A stretch of DNA of 54,525 nucleotides, counting the filler, from Sluysia triapertura (lineage: Eukaryota), in the NCBI GenBank assembly GCA_046118255.1. It is 4 parts of 4 records of this genome, joined end to end, with 100 filler letters (N's around TTAATTAATTAA, not from the genome) between each part and the next. Parts side by side here need not be neighbours in the genome. Positions count along the whole stretch, not along the records: positions 12,120 to 27,894 come from JBJNIA010219581.1; 3 more parts are not named here. One strand, given 5' to 3'. Position numbers and translations under genes: made by a program. This document shows positions 12,231 through 24,349 of this stretch, in pieces. The notes under the pieces were generated by a model. It was given only the letters and a program-made list of their open reading frames with translations. It was not told where the DNA came from and made no database searches. Every line of letters begins with the position of its first letter. Position 1 is the first letter of the stretch.

Positions 12231-13764
12231 ATAATTAACATGAAGAAGTAGAAAAATAAATCCGAGAGGTGAAGGTGAAAACATTTAGAGTCTCATGAAT
12301 GCCCTATTAAACTACTATTAAGTTTAGGACCATTAACCATATAACTTTAAAACCCATTAAACATAAAATAAAATTAAGTTTAAAAATAGATTAATTAACA
12401 TAATTAAGGAAAAAAAACGTTTGAATGCAGAATGCTACATTACATTTGAAATTGTATATGTTTTTGTTTTAAAAAGACCTTTTGATGAAGGTGTGGTTCG
12501 ACCGAATGCATGCAAAGAAAGCCTTAATATTGAGTAAAGTCAAATTTTAATTAATTCTTAATTAAGGAATGTTGAATTTTTTATACTTCGAATGATTCTA
12601 ATATAATGAACTGAATATGAGATGATTGCTATGAGAAAAGAGAATTTAAAAGTGAGTTTGAAATGTTTATATAAAGGTTTGTTTAAGAAGTAGAATCTTA
12701 AACATGTTTCATTGGAAAGTTGGGTGTGAAAAATCGAAAATTAATTAATTCTAAAAAGTGAAATTAAATTCATTATTGTTGATTGTTATTTTAATTTGAG
12801 AAGAAATTTAAGTAAAAATAGATTGAGTACAACCATCATGGTTGAGAATAAATCAAATTTTTTGTTTTGCACCTGATGAAATTTAACAGAACCTACCATG
12901 TAATTGTCAAAGTTGTTTTTGCCGGTCTGATTCTTAAAGAGGTTTTGATTATTTGTGTGAGAGAGTGTTTGATTGTGAAATTCGGGATTGATTGGATGAC
13001 AAGAAAGTATAAAACGAAAAACTTAAAAAATTTACAACGCAAGTGCACATCAAGTTATATTCATTAGAAGAACATGCTTTTGGTAAGATTTAAATATTTT
13101 ATTTTGATTTTATTTTAATATTATTATTTTGATCATTATTAGCAATATTAATAAAAATTATTAAAACTAATGATGCATGAATTGCATTTATTGCACATGT
13201 GAATAAAATTTGATAGCCGTAAAAAAATTTATGTCCAATGTAATATAGTGAAAAACCACAGATTCAAAATTCTTTTGTATATTTGATTTTTAATATTCTA
13301 ATTGATACATCTTCATCTAATATAATCGTTTATTAGTAACCACAAATAAGTTAAAAGAAAAGCAGTTGAGTAATGCGGCTAGGCAAAATTGAAAGAGCAA
13401 TAGTAATAGATATAATGTGGTTGTATGAAGATAAGTAATCATAAAAATTAAGTTACTGATTAATTATTAAGATCAATATACATAAAATTGAAAAATTGCT
13501 GAATTTCTTTAAATAAACATAATAATCATACAATAATAAGATACATACAATAAGGTGTATGAAAAATATTTCGTTGCAATACTTCCAATATAAATCATGA
13601 TATAAATAGTTGAATAATAATGTCAAAATTCCAAAATAATTAATACTACAACCCATATTTAACAAATAAACAAACGTGATTTATGAAAAAATTCTAACAT
13701 ATTTTATTGTATATTTTATAATATTGTGAGAATAAAACGCTAATAGTAACAAAATTAGTTTAAA

Positions 13765-13900
13765 GCTGTGAGTTCACCAACGTACTGGACTTACCAGTGA
13801 GGACCAGCCGTTGGATTTTGACGTAAAAGAAAGATGCTTTAATAAGTCTCAAAAAACTTTAATCGACTCCTTAACTGAAATTATGGAGATAAATTAATAT
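13765..13900 (+). pseudogene. Relic paralogous to the C-terminal part of the CYHR1-like pseudogene near 36.8 kb
   Basis: gtgagttcaccaa..tggacttaccagtgaggaccagccgttggattttg matches the reverse complement of 36773-36820. Peptides are GLTSEDQPLDF versus GLTG*GQPLDF. Confidence 0.6.
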
Positions 13901-14739
13901 TATTTTAGTCTATCCTATTTATCTTAAAAAAGATTTTGCATGAATCCTACAATAAGGATTATTTAATTTTTTAATTAGGAAATATCTTTTAAATTATATT
14001 ACAAGTCAAGTCGTTTAATTCAGGAAAATATATTTTATCAAATGTGATAACAAAATAATAAAAATACAAGTTTTACATAAATTACCAATGTAATTTTTAT
14101 AGAAATATAAATTTTAAAAAGATTTTACAATGATCTATGATAAGATCATAAACATTAGAATATATTAATGATTTTACCTTGATTTTACACTGATATTAAA
14201 TAATATCAACCTTAATAAAAATAAGCTAACGTTGACAGATAAAAAAGAATCGTCTTTTCTATGAACCAAATTTTGTTTGTCTTCTCAAAACTGATTTGTC
14301 GAATGCTTATATTGAACGTAAATCACTAAGATTGATCCAACACGGTTAATAATTTAAAACTTCAGTTTAAAAGTTTGCAAGTTTAAAAACTTTTTATTGT
14401 TGTGCTCAATAATTTAAAACTTTATTGTTGTCGGTGAGAATTATCAAAATTGTGGTTCCATATATAGTTTTTTAAATGTCAACCTTTGACGTAAACAAAA
14501 TTTAGAAAATTAAAACATTAATATAACTAACTATTTATAAACTTCCAAAATTAATAAAATACAAAAAATCAATAAAATTATACGAAAATTTAATAAACAA
14601 AATTTAATCAATAATTATTCATACTAATTCATCATTGTTAATCAAATCACTATATTGTTATAAAAATAATCATTGTTATCAAAATACATTATCAAAGTAC
14701 ATCACAATACTTTAAAAAATTTTTATATTAAAAATCTAA

Positions 14740-14742
<3 letters not shown>

Positions 14743-14800
<58 letters not shown>

Positions 14801-14806
14801 GTAATA
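14743..14806. repeat. (AAT)n microsatellite
   Basis: About 20 AAT units. Confidence 0.97.
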
Positions 14807-15759
14807 ATATCATAATAATAATTCTTTTATAATAATAGTAACTTAATGAATAAATAATAATAATAATAATAAACGTAATAATAATTTTAATTTAGACTAC
14901 AAAATACATATCATTTGGAACGTAAGGCCTTTTAAGGTCACAAATATTATTTTACTATAAATATCATTACGTTATAATAATGATATTTATTATTATCAAT
15001 CTTTTATCGGCTTCTAACAGAAATTATTATTAAATATTAATCGTTAGTTTAATATTTTATAAGTAAACGTTTTAAAACGTTTAATTTTAATTATTGATAA
15101 AGACCTTTTAATTTATTATTAACATATTATTAAATTTCATTAAAGGAAGTTTTCTTTTTAATCTTGTAAAATGTTTTGTTAATATTATACTGTTAAAAAA
15201 CAAATTATCTGTTTATGAATAAATTTGGTATAAACTATATTGTCATTGATTATCATAGCCAATTGAGTAATTTTAATGTACTTTGTATTAATATATTTGA
15301 ATTTATAAGTGTTCTTTGTATAAATTGTATAATCTTATTAATTTGACAAATTTATATAATTTAACGTGATTTTTATTTTGAATTATTAATTACATTAAAT
15401 AAATTTTTTGAAATTCTATCAGTTTAATACACTTATAAATCTTGTAACGCTGTTTTCATAACATTATAACCGGAGAAATTTTGTTACTCTAATTTCTGTA
15501 TTATAATCTCAATAAACTCTCAATAGTGAAACCATTTTCCTTTCGTTAAAAATCTTGTCACTTAGGATTGTTTAAAAATCACTTAAGAAAAGTAGTTACA
15601 TCTATTTTTACCAAATCATTTTAATTGGAATTGCAGTTAAAATACATTAATTTATATAGTTTTAACTTCGTTAAATTACAACACGATTTGAATTCTATTT
15701 TTCGCTTTTAAGACCGATTCGTAGATATCGTTTAAAGGAGATCGAAAATAATATCGTTT

Positions 15760-16035
15760 ATATTTTATTCTCGATTTAAAGCGGAAATCTAATTAATTGC
15801 AAAAAATTTGTAATTGATATAATCTCGCTAAAAAAGCGGAAATTGAATCTGAATTGTAACAAGTAAGAAAAATAAAATTCAATTTGATATAATTTTAAAT
15901 CGACCTCCAACGCTCTATTTACAAACCTTTTTACCAACTTAAAATCCTACGAATTAGCCCTTTATTGTATAAGTCTGTCTAGGATAATAATCGAACTCAT
16001 AACATTTCAAATTATTTATTGGTAAGTTAAGCGAT
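15760..16035 (+). repeat. Dispersed repeat, copy 1 (copy 2 at ~50940-51165)
   Basis: Colinear blocks aattgatataatctcgc..aagcgga, aaatcctacgaattagc, gtctaggata..actcat..attatttattggtaag. Confidence 0.65.
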
Positions 16036-16979
16036 ACATTCTTAAGATAAATCTCTTTTTCATAAAAACCTACCAGTGTTGATAAAATTAAATAAATTCT
16101 GTTATTTAATTTTATTTATATTTCTAAGTATCTTCGCATTAAACATTATATTTTGTATTATCTAAAAACAGAATAAAAATTATGTTCATCTTCATAATAT
16201 TAATTTCATAGTTTAATTTGAATTATTAAATATTGTTATGTTAATATTCAGAGGATTGATCGTGACAATTTGTTAAATTTGTTGCATGAGTATCGCAGAA
16301 ACTCTGAGATTAAATAAATGAATTATAAGAATTGATAAAAATCAATAATTTTGTTTTTACTTACTTTATGCAATAGTTCAGATTCTTTATCACCTTTCGT
16401 TGGTAAATAAATATATGATTTGATTTTCTTTTCATATTGAAATTCAGTTTTAACTGCATTTAGCTATAAATAAAACAAATGCTCTAAATTTTATAAAAAA
16501 TTTTCTATCCTTTAATAGCATAAATAAATAAGTAAATATGCAAAAATTTTCAACATAATTAGTTTTTACGTATTTAATGAAAAACTTTCTGTATATACTG
16601 AATGAATCTCGACAAATATGTAAATCATGAATATTGTGATTATGTACAATATTAATATTTATTGTTAATGCTTATCTATATGCAGAAGTAGGTAACAAAT
16701 CAATTCAAAGTTCGGCAAAAGTATTGAATAAATGATAAATAGCTGTTTTTTTCGAACTGTAATCTAATCAGAGAAACAAATTGAATTTCTTTTATATCAC
16801 AGTAGATACTTTCTTCATTTTTAATACAAAATTGGCTGTATACTAAAATGTTATTAAAGATTTTAATGCATTTATAAATGCAAATTAATTTCACCTTATT
16901 TCAATACATAAACTTAATTTATTAAATATTTATTTCATAGACTATTTTTTAAATAATTTGACAAACATATTTTCAATTG

Positions 16980-17290
16980 CACTCAAACCTGTTTTTATGC
17001 GATTTTTTTGTGCGATCCCATAATTTAATTATTGAACTGACAATAATTTCAGTGTCAACGAATAAAATGTGCAAAACAATATTGCGATTGAATTTTTGGG
17101 TAGCATTGCAAAAATGCATTGATCCTGAAAAGATTGCGTGCCTCGTTATGTCGCCCAGTTGGTTGTTTGCTAATGAGCTAGTTGGAGACTAGTCTCATCT
17201 TTTGTTTTAACGAGTAGGTAGAAGTTTACTTGAAGGGAGCAAAGGGTTGTTTTTTCATTCATCTCTGATCTGCACAAGTGGCAAGTTTAG
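16980..17290 (-). mobile_element. Mutator/MULE transposase remnant
   Basis: Minus-strand INAFLQCYPKIQSQYCFAHFIR* fits the MULE motif (I.AF...FP......C.FH). GC is locally elevated and the ORF is broken. Confidence 0.4.
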
Positions 17291-18734
17291 TAAATAAAGT
17301 GATTTAATAAAAAAGAATATAACGTTTGTTTTAATTTAAAAACTAATTTTGTATAAAACACTGTTTCTTAATCGTGGGTACAAAAATCATTTCGGAATTG
17401 CGATAGAAGTTTCTAAAGAAACCTGTAAAGAAACCAGTCAACTACACTGACACATCGGATTTATCAACAAATGTAATTTATAAAATTTGAATTTTTATTA
17501 ATATTTTAAATACAACCATTACAATGTAGTTTGAAGAATAAACTCTAACACTAATATTTCTTATTAAGAATCCTCTACATTATCGATATAATTCTTGAAA
17601 TGAAGAAATATAAACATTATTCAAGGAAGTGCTCGAATTTATTTTTGAATTCAATGAGGATGATGATCACAAAAAATTTAAGAACTACTGTTCTAGATTA
17701 AGAAATTTATAATATTTTCATTAAATAATTGCAAAATCGTAATCTATAATAATTTAATATTTAGGTTCACTTGGAAAATAGTTACAAAACGTATTACTTT
17801 TCAAACATAAAATTATATTATATTATAAATTTTAATCTAAATATTATTTTGAATCGCATTTATCCATAACTTTAAAAATAAATTATTGATCAAAAAACAA
17901 TTCATGTATAACAATAAATCCAGACTGTACACACAAGAAAAATTTTGATAAAAACATAGAAACAAGCTAGTACCGGTACTTGACTAAAAAATTGTCACAA
18001 ATTTAAACAAATATAATTGGTTTTGTATGCATTTAGAAGCTGTGCTTTTTAACCCTAGGATAGATAATAATTATTAATATTGTAAAAAATAATTAATAGA
18101 GAATAATAATAATTGTTAATAATAATAAACTATCATTAATCATTAATAGAAAATTTACTAAAAAATAATTTATAGGACAAAATAATATAAAATAAATTAC
18201 AATTGTTATAAAATAACTAAATTAAATATCCAAAAAGTAATAACACAATCAGAGCAATATTGTGGATATAATATCATAATTACTATAAAGTTAAAGTAAC
18301 CACCAAAAAGCAATAATAATGTAAATAGAATATTGTGGATTTAATAATAAAATAATACAAAGAGACTATCGAAGCAAAAAAGTATAAATAGACGTCACAA
18401 TTGGGTTTATTGAAGAAATTTATCGAAAAAGTTTATTAAAGGTAACAAAGTTACTCGGGTAAAGGTACTTAATTAATAATTTTCTACTACCACAAATTTT
18501 TGAAACATTAACATTCATAATTAATTTTGATTAGAATAACAATTTAAAGAAAACATTATATCTAGTAATTATGTATAAAATGTTACGTGTGGTATTATTT
18601 TTATTGCATTTTTATAAACTAAATTTTGTCAAAATTATTATTCGAATTCATTAAGTTCTTTATAAACTATTTTTATATCGAGTAAATAAAGTATTGATTA
18701 ATTTTGTTTACTTAGTTTTATCTTAAAGGGAAGA

Positions 18735-18866
18735 AGAGAAATTGAACTTTAACCTTATTAAGTAAGAACGCACTTCCATCTCTTAAACCAGAGACGAGTG
18801 AACGATAACCTCAAGTTTATTATAAGTGTTAGAATACAATTACTATAAGCTCAAGTTCAATTCTCT
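18735..18866. repeat. ~130-bp foldback / MITE-like element
   Basis: AGAGAAATTGAACTT at the left and AAGTTCAATTCTCT at the right, with further imperfect pairing inward. Confidence 0.5.
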
Positions 18867-18949
18867 AAAAACAAATAATAATAAAAAATATAAACTCAAG
18901 TTTCAGCTTTATTCCACGTAAGTCACATAAAATTATTACTATTTTTATT

Positions 18950-19475
18950 TAATCCAGCACTAAGATTACCAAGAAAAAAAAATTATGTTGATTACCAAGC
19001 GTGGACAAAATTGCCCACAATACATATTTCATTATTTTGAATAAATTGCATACTTAAACACACTCATTACATATTATTCCCACCTTTGAATGTAAAAGAT
19101 AAACATAACTGTTACATTTACCAGAAATATTAGAAATTCTTTTAGATTTTGCTTTTCTTCGCTTTGACGGAATATTTATAATAAATAAAGCATCTTCCTC
19201 GGAATGTTGTTGATAATGGCTTTGATTCTGCTCAAATCATCAGTGTGTACAATTCTACAACGTTTCTTCTTTCTAGATGAAATTTGACTAACGCAAAACT
19301 AAGTACTTACATAAAGTTTATTATTCAGGTTTTATGAACAGAAATGATTTTAAATTGTACGGGAAATTTATAAAATTACAATAAAAAGTTTCAAAACTTC
19401 AGTTCAATATGATTATTCTAAAAAATTAAAATAACTGTGGACAATTTTGTCAACGCTTGGTAATTGTAGGGTTAA
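18950..19475 (-). mobile_element. Internally deleted piggyBac-family transposon
   Basis: 29-bp inverted repeats at 18991-19019 / 19436-19464. Right end is GGG-TTAA (19469-19475). Internal minus-strand FRGRC...(frameshift)IPSK matches the piggyBac transposase motif. The left terminus is degenerate. Confidence 0.75.
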
Positions 19476-20689
19476 TAAATGTATTTGACATATAATTCTT
19501 ATATCCTGTTTTATTTAAATTAGTTACAAAATAATTAACACATTCGCATCGGGAAACGAGAATTTCTTATAAATTCTGAGATAACGGGATTACATATTAA
19601 CAGTGCTACATTATTAAATGAGTTAGTACACAATTCGGTTATATATATTTTTATATCACTAAAAGACCATGATTTATAATAAATATTTAGTAAAAGTAGT
19701 CCGATACGAATGTGTCAAAATCACTTATGTAAAACAAAAATGATTCAAAACAATAATCATACTTGATCTAAATCATTCGGTGGTTTGATAACTTTAGTTG
19801 TAATTTTAAATTTATGTTTCAAAGAATTGGACTTATAAGTTAATTTCTCATATATAGGAATCACTAGATTAAATAAATACAAATATTTTATCAAATATAA
19901 TCAATGTTTAGTCATACTTTGTATAATTTATGCAAAATTTAAATAGATATTGTATAACAAAAATAACGATTTAATTGGATTAATCATTATAATATAAAAT
20001 AAAGCACAATTTATTACTATTTCATAAATCAATTAAATTTATGATACCACGACCTCAGGGAAAAAACTGCCACAACAGTCCAGAAGTTTTATTATTTAAA
20101 TATGATAATAATTGTCATAAGTTTTATGAGATGTATTTGTACAAACAATTATCATAAATTGATAAGGAATACTCATCACATATACGTGACGCTGATAGCG
20201 AAGGGGTTAATTAAATTTGCATGGAAAACGATATCTCTAAACGTTCGAAAATATATGATAATAAAAACGTTTATGATATTAATATTCAGTAAATTTATTG
20301 TTTGAAGCCACAATTTTCCACAATTTGGGCTTATTATTCTACCTTTCTGTTTTTTTTAAATGTAACTCAAGTATTTCTAATTTGATAATGGAAACATTAA
20401 AAATAATTATCATATAATAAATAGTAAGTGATAATGTCTATACAAAAAACAAAAAAACGCGCAGTAATATGTGAACATTTATAATCTGATTTAATCGATA
20501 ATATTATCATAAGATAATTTCTAAAGTAAACACTCACTAACCAATTTTGATAATGTTCATAATTGGAAACATTTTAAAGATTTTAACTGTGGTGGTTCAA
20601 CCTTCTTCAGTTAAAATTTTGCATTGATAAACCAACAAAACATTGCACAACAAAAATGACAGTACGGTTACCTAAACATATAAACAATT

Positions 20690-20970
20690 TGTGGTGGCCA
20701 ACCTAATATCCTAAAATTTTAATTTAACACTACACATAAAAATCATTCTTCATAATATTTAATAATTTATTTTTTTAGGATTCTTTAAAATTGTCAATAC
20801 TTTCAAACATTTTAAATTCAAAAGTTCATAACATTAAAATCTTAGTCAACATCGAAAATCATCAAACGTACAAATTTTACTCAACCCAAAACATTTCAAG
20901 TTCACAATCCTTCAATACTCAATCAGCGAAAAACATTAAATTCACATTTTAAAACCATTTTAAACATTGC
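20690..20970 (+). mobile_element. TGTGGTGG-type LTR-like repeat
   Basis: Starts TGTGGTGGCCAACCTA. Aligns at both ends with the reverse complement of 23345-23921 (caaaacatttcaa..aatcct.caata.tcaatc..aaaacattaaatt). A second terminus TGTGGTGGTTCAACCT lies at 20588. Confidence 0.7.
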
Positions 20971-21312
20971 AATCAAAATGGAATGTCTTTAACATCTTTA
21001 GTGATTCTCTTATCAGCTCTTTCCACATTTCACGTAGGATTTTAAATTCGTATATTACTATTGGGATCATTAAAAATGTAGTTACTTTCTTAAAATTTAA
21101 TTTTTTGTTAGAAAATTGGAAATTAAATTTATATTTCGTTATGATCATCGCGAGATATAAGATTTTAAGTTTATTGAAAAGAAATAACAATTTATACAAA
21201 ACGAAAAATTTATTCATAATACTAGAACTAAAAATGTTAGCGTTAATAAACTTTAACTTCTGCATATGTCTTCCTGTGGACCATGTTTCACTATCTAAAT
21301 AGAAAAATATAA

Positions 21313-22639
21313 CTAAAATATATTCAATGAATTATAAGGAATGATTAGTTCATTGTTGTTGAGAAAATTTACGCCTGATCGTTGAATTGTAGGACTGCTG
21401 GCAGTAGTCTTGGTAGCTTTAGTACTGATATCTGCGAATAAATAAGCTATCCTACTGTAGTGTGCCGATCGGACTGCAGGGTCGACATGAAACTCTTCTA
21501 ATTCATAAATTGCAAGGAGGTGTTTGCATTTTAAGCCAAATCGTTTGCATTTTCCATCCTGATTTGTTGCATATGGGCAAAGAGCCGTTTTGTAATACAT
21601 ATTAAAGCTTGACGAACTAAAGTCAATTTTACGATGATAGAAATCAACATTTTCGATTCATTAAATTTTAAATTTGTAAAAACACCTTCTACATCACATG
21701 TATTTCTTGATTCTGGAAAGTTCATTATTTGTGATTTTCTAAAATTCTTTTTATCTTTACTGCATGATTCGGATGGTAGAATTCGTAAAGCTTTATCAAT
21801 GTTTAGGGTTAATTGACAACTTATCATTTTATCTGCCTCATCCATTGCTAAATGTTGAATTTAATAAAAAATTTCTCTAATTAGATTCTTATGCTGCAGC
21901 ATCATCAGAATTTGACTAGGAGTTGCTGCAACTGTGTGTCAATATGAAAATTTCTAAGTTCAGTAATTCGAACAGTCATCTCTATATCTTCAGTTAAATG
22001 TATTATATTTAGATTTAATCCTTCACTTTTATTCAATAATTCTTGCTTTATCAAATTAATTGTGGTATCAAAGTCTTTATGTTAATTAGAGGTTGATTGA
22101 ACATAATAAGTAACAGTTTTTTTACAACAGGTTTCAAATAGACCAATGATATCTTTGCGTTGAATCACAACTGAAGTAGCATGTTGTTGGAGTTGATCCG
22201 ATTTTAACCATTTTAAATTAGCCATATTGTTCATAGGCAATAATTCCGAAGTGTTACGGATTTTTTGGAAACGTGATGGATAGGAAGGCCATAATATATT
22301 ATTTCGCATTTTTTGACATTCGTAAAGAACTTTGATATAATTAGGCAATATGCGAGCTTTAAACAAAACGTTGTACGGATTATTGGATATATTTAGACAC
22401 ATTTTATCTAATGATGAATTATATGATATAAGTAACATTTTAACGATAATAAAAGAAACATTAACTTTATTTGCCAATTCATCGATAATTTTATTTAACA
22501 TTATTTCCGCATTGTTAATTTGTAGTTCTTCATAAAGTAAATATTTCGTATCTATTTTAGGTTCATCAGCTTTATAATCACCTTCAAAATAATAATCTTC
22601 TCCTGTTTTATAATATTCTGTGTCAGTATCATCATACAT
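21313..22639 (-). pseudogene. Chimeric intronless gene: Ariadne-2 (ARIH2) N-terminal UBA-like region + DEAD-box helicase domain 1 + Unkempt-type CCCH finger
   Basis: Residues 1-100 are ARIH2-like (EDYY...LNKIIDELANKVNVSFIIVKMLL...LFKARILPN). Q-motif/Walker A QLQQHATSVVIQRKDIIGLFETCCKKT. Motif Ib AATPSQIL (21912-21923). Motif II IQHLAMDEADKMI. YYKTALCPYATNQDGKCKRFGLKC. Two TAA stops and two frameshifts. Confidence 0.75.
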
Positions 22640-22764
22640 TTACTAATTTTTTAATATTGAATAATCGATGAAAGCGTTGCTAAATCTTTTAAAGCGTGCT
22701 TTTTCGTTGTTACTAATAATACAAACTATTAATTGAAAATATTTTTTGTAATTGTATTTGTGTA

Positions 22765-22950
22765 TTGTCACTGTCTGACCAATCAAACAGGTATTGAGGA
22801 AGTACTAAAAATTTTAGTTGATGAGCCAGTAAAAGCGTTAGTATACAATAAAACGACATCAAAGTACGATTAACTGTCATCAGTCGACAGTTAACGAAAC
22901 GGCGCACTGAAAATGATTTTAAATGCCTGTCGACTGATGGCAGATTAAAT
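22765..22950 (-). promoter_or_regulatory. Cis-module with two CTGTC-N7-GACAG palindromes and a CCAAT box upstream of the chimeric gene
   Basis: TTAACTGTC-ATCAGTC-GACAGTTAA at 22870-22894. Inverted copy (16/17) at 22927-22943. GACCAATCA near 22777. Confidence 0.55.
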
Positions 22951-23344
22951 AGTTAGAATACAAGAATAATTAGGAGGACACCATTATTTGGTAATTGCTA
23001 ATAAATAATGTTAATTACAATAAAATAATAATGATAATGAATAAAATAAATTAATGATAATACAAGGAAAACAAAATATGAAAGCATAAATCTCTTTAAT
23101 ATCTTATAAACATGATCTTTCTTGTAAATAAAATATTTGACATATTGTAATTTTTCTAATAAAAGTTATTTCTTGTTATTCTGTTTGTTATGTGAATGCT
23201 TGGCTTCATTGCTTATACTTTTGACATATAAGTTGTGCTTCTTATTCCTTAGGGAAATATTATATAAAAAAAGAAACTGTTAAGATAATGTTTGGAAGAA
23301 ACGATCGATGCAAGAGCGTTTAGGGAATGTTATTTTGATAAAAA

Positions 23345-23921
23345 CATCAAAAAGGTTTAAAAGTGTTAATTTAATGTTTTCAGTGATAATAGAGATTGAA
23401 TATTGTAGGATTATAAATTTGAAATGTTTTGAATTAGTTTGAAGGTGTAATTTGTAATTCTGATGTTATGAAATAATGAATAAAATGTTTTAAATGACTT
23501 TTCAATATATTGATGGTTTGAGATGTAAATTGTGGTTTGAATGGTGAGGGTTTGTGAATTGAGCTGTTTTGAATAAACTTTAAATTGTAGCTTAATGGTT
23601 TTAAATGTAATTATGGTTCTGATGTTATGAATTATAGGTTAAAATGTTTTAAGTAAATTTTAATATGCGTTAATGGTCTGGACGTAGATGAAATTTTAAT
23701 GTTATAAAGTATGAAATGGAATTGTTTTGAGAAATTGTGATAAAGTTTTATTGAAAATAAAGGGGACAAAATGTGAAAAGATTTAAATGTAAAAGTATTT
23801 AAAATATAAAATTTTATGTTTGAAGTGTTTGATGATATTAAGCGTGTAAAAAAATGGTAAAGAGTGATTTTGTTATGTCAAAAAAATAAAATTTGTTAAA
23901 AGTTATAGGTTAGCCACCACA
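23345..23921 (-). mobile_element. TGTGGTGG-type LTR-like repeat (long copy)
   Basis: Ends TAGGTTAGCCACCACA on the plus strand, strong G/T skew, homologous to 20690-20970 and 39307-39700. Confidence 0.7.
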
Positions 23922-24349
23922 TTTCATATATTTGTAATCATCAATAAAGTCTCGTCCAAAGAAAATAAGAATTAGAACAAATATTTCAAAAATCATTTAA
24001 AGAAAGAAATGAAGTATTTCATAAACAAGGAAGAAAAGAACAAAAGATTTATACATTTTTATATAACTATTTCTTTTATTCATTTGTTAATTATTATTAC
24101 CATTTTTATTCGTTATTATTAAAAGATCATGTAAGGTAAAAAAATTAGAAGAGACTTAAAGAAATTTATGTATTTTATTATTTTAATTTGTCATTATTTC
24201 TATTTTTATTACTTATTATTATTTTTATTTTATATATTATTATTATCGCCATTTTTTTATTATTTTTCATTTTATTATTACTATTAGTATTATTATTATC
24301 TTTATATTATTTAAAATATTAGCACAAGTTATATTAGCAACTATATCAC

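Noticed and set aside
21313-22639. Stop-codon reassignment (TAA as sense) to explain in-frame stops
   Set aside because: The same loci also have frameshifts, other relics have TGA/TAG stops, and the long zinc-finger and MAU2 frames contain no internal TAA. Pseudogenisation is simpler.
22870-22945. Hammerhead ribozyme (CTGATGA on the minus strand)
   Set aside because: No GAAA and stem II in the required arrangement on that strand.
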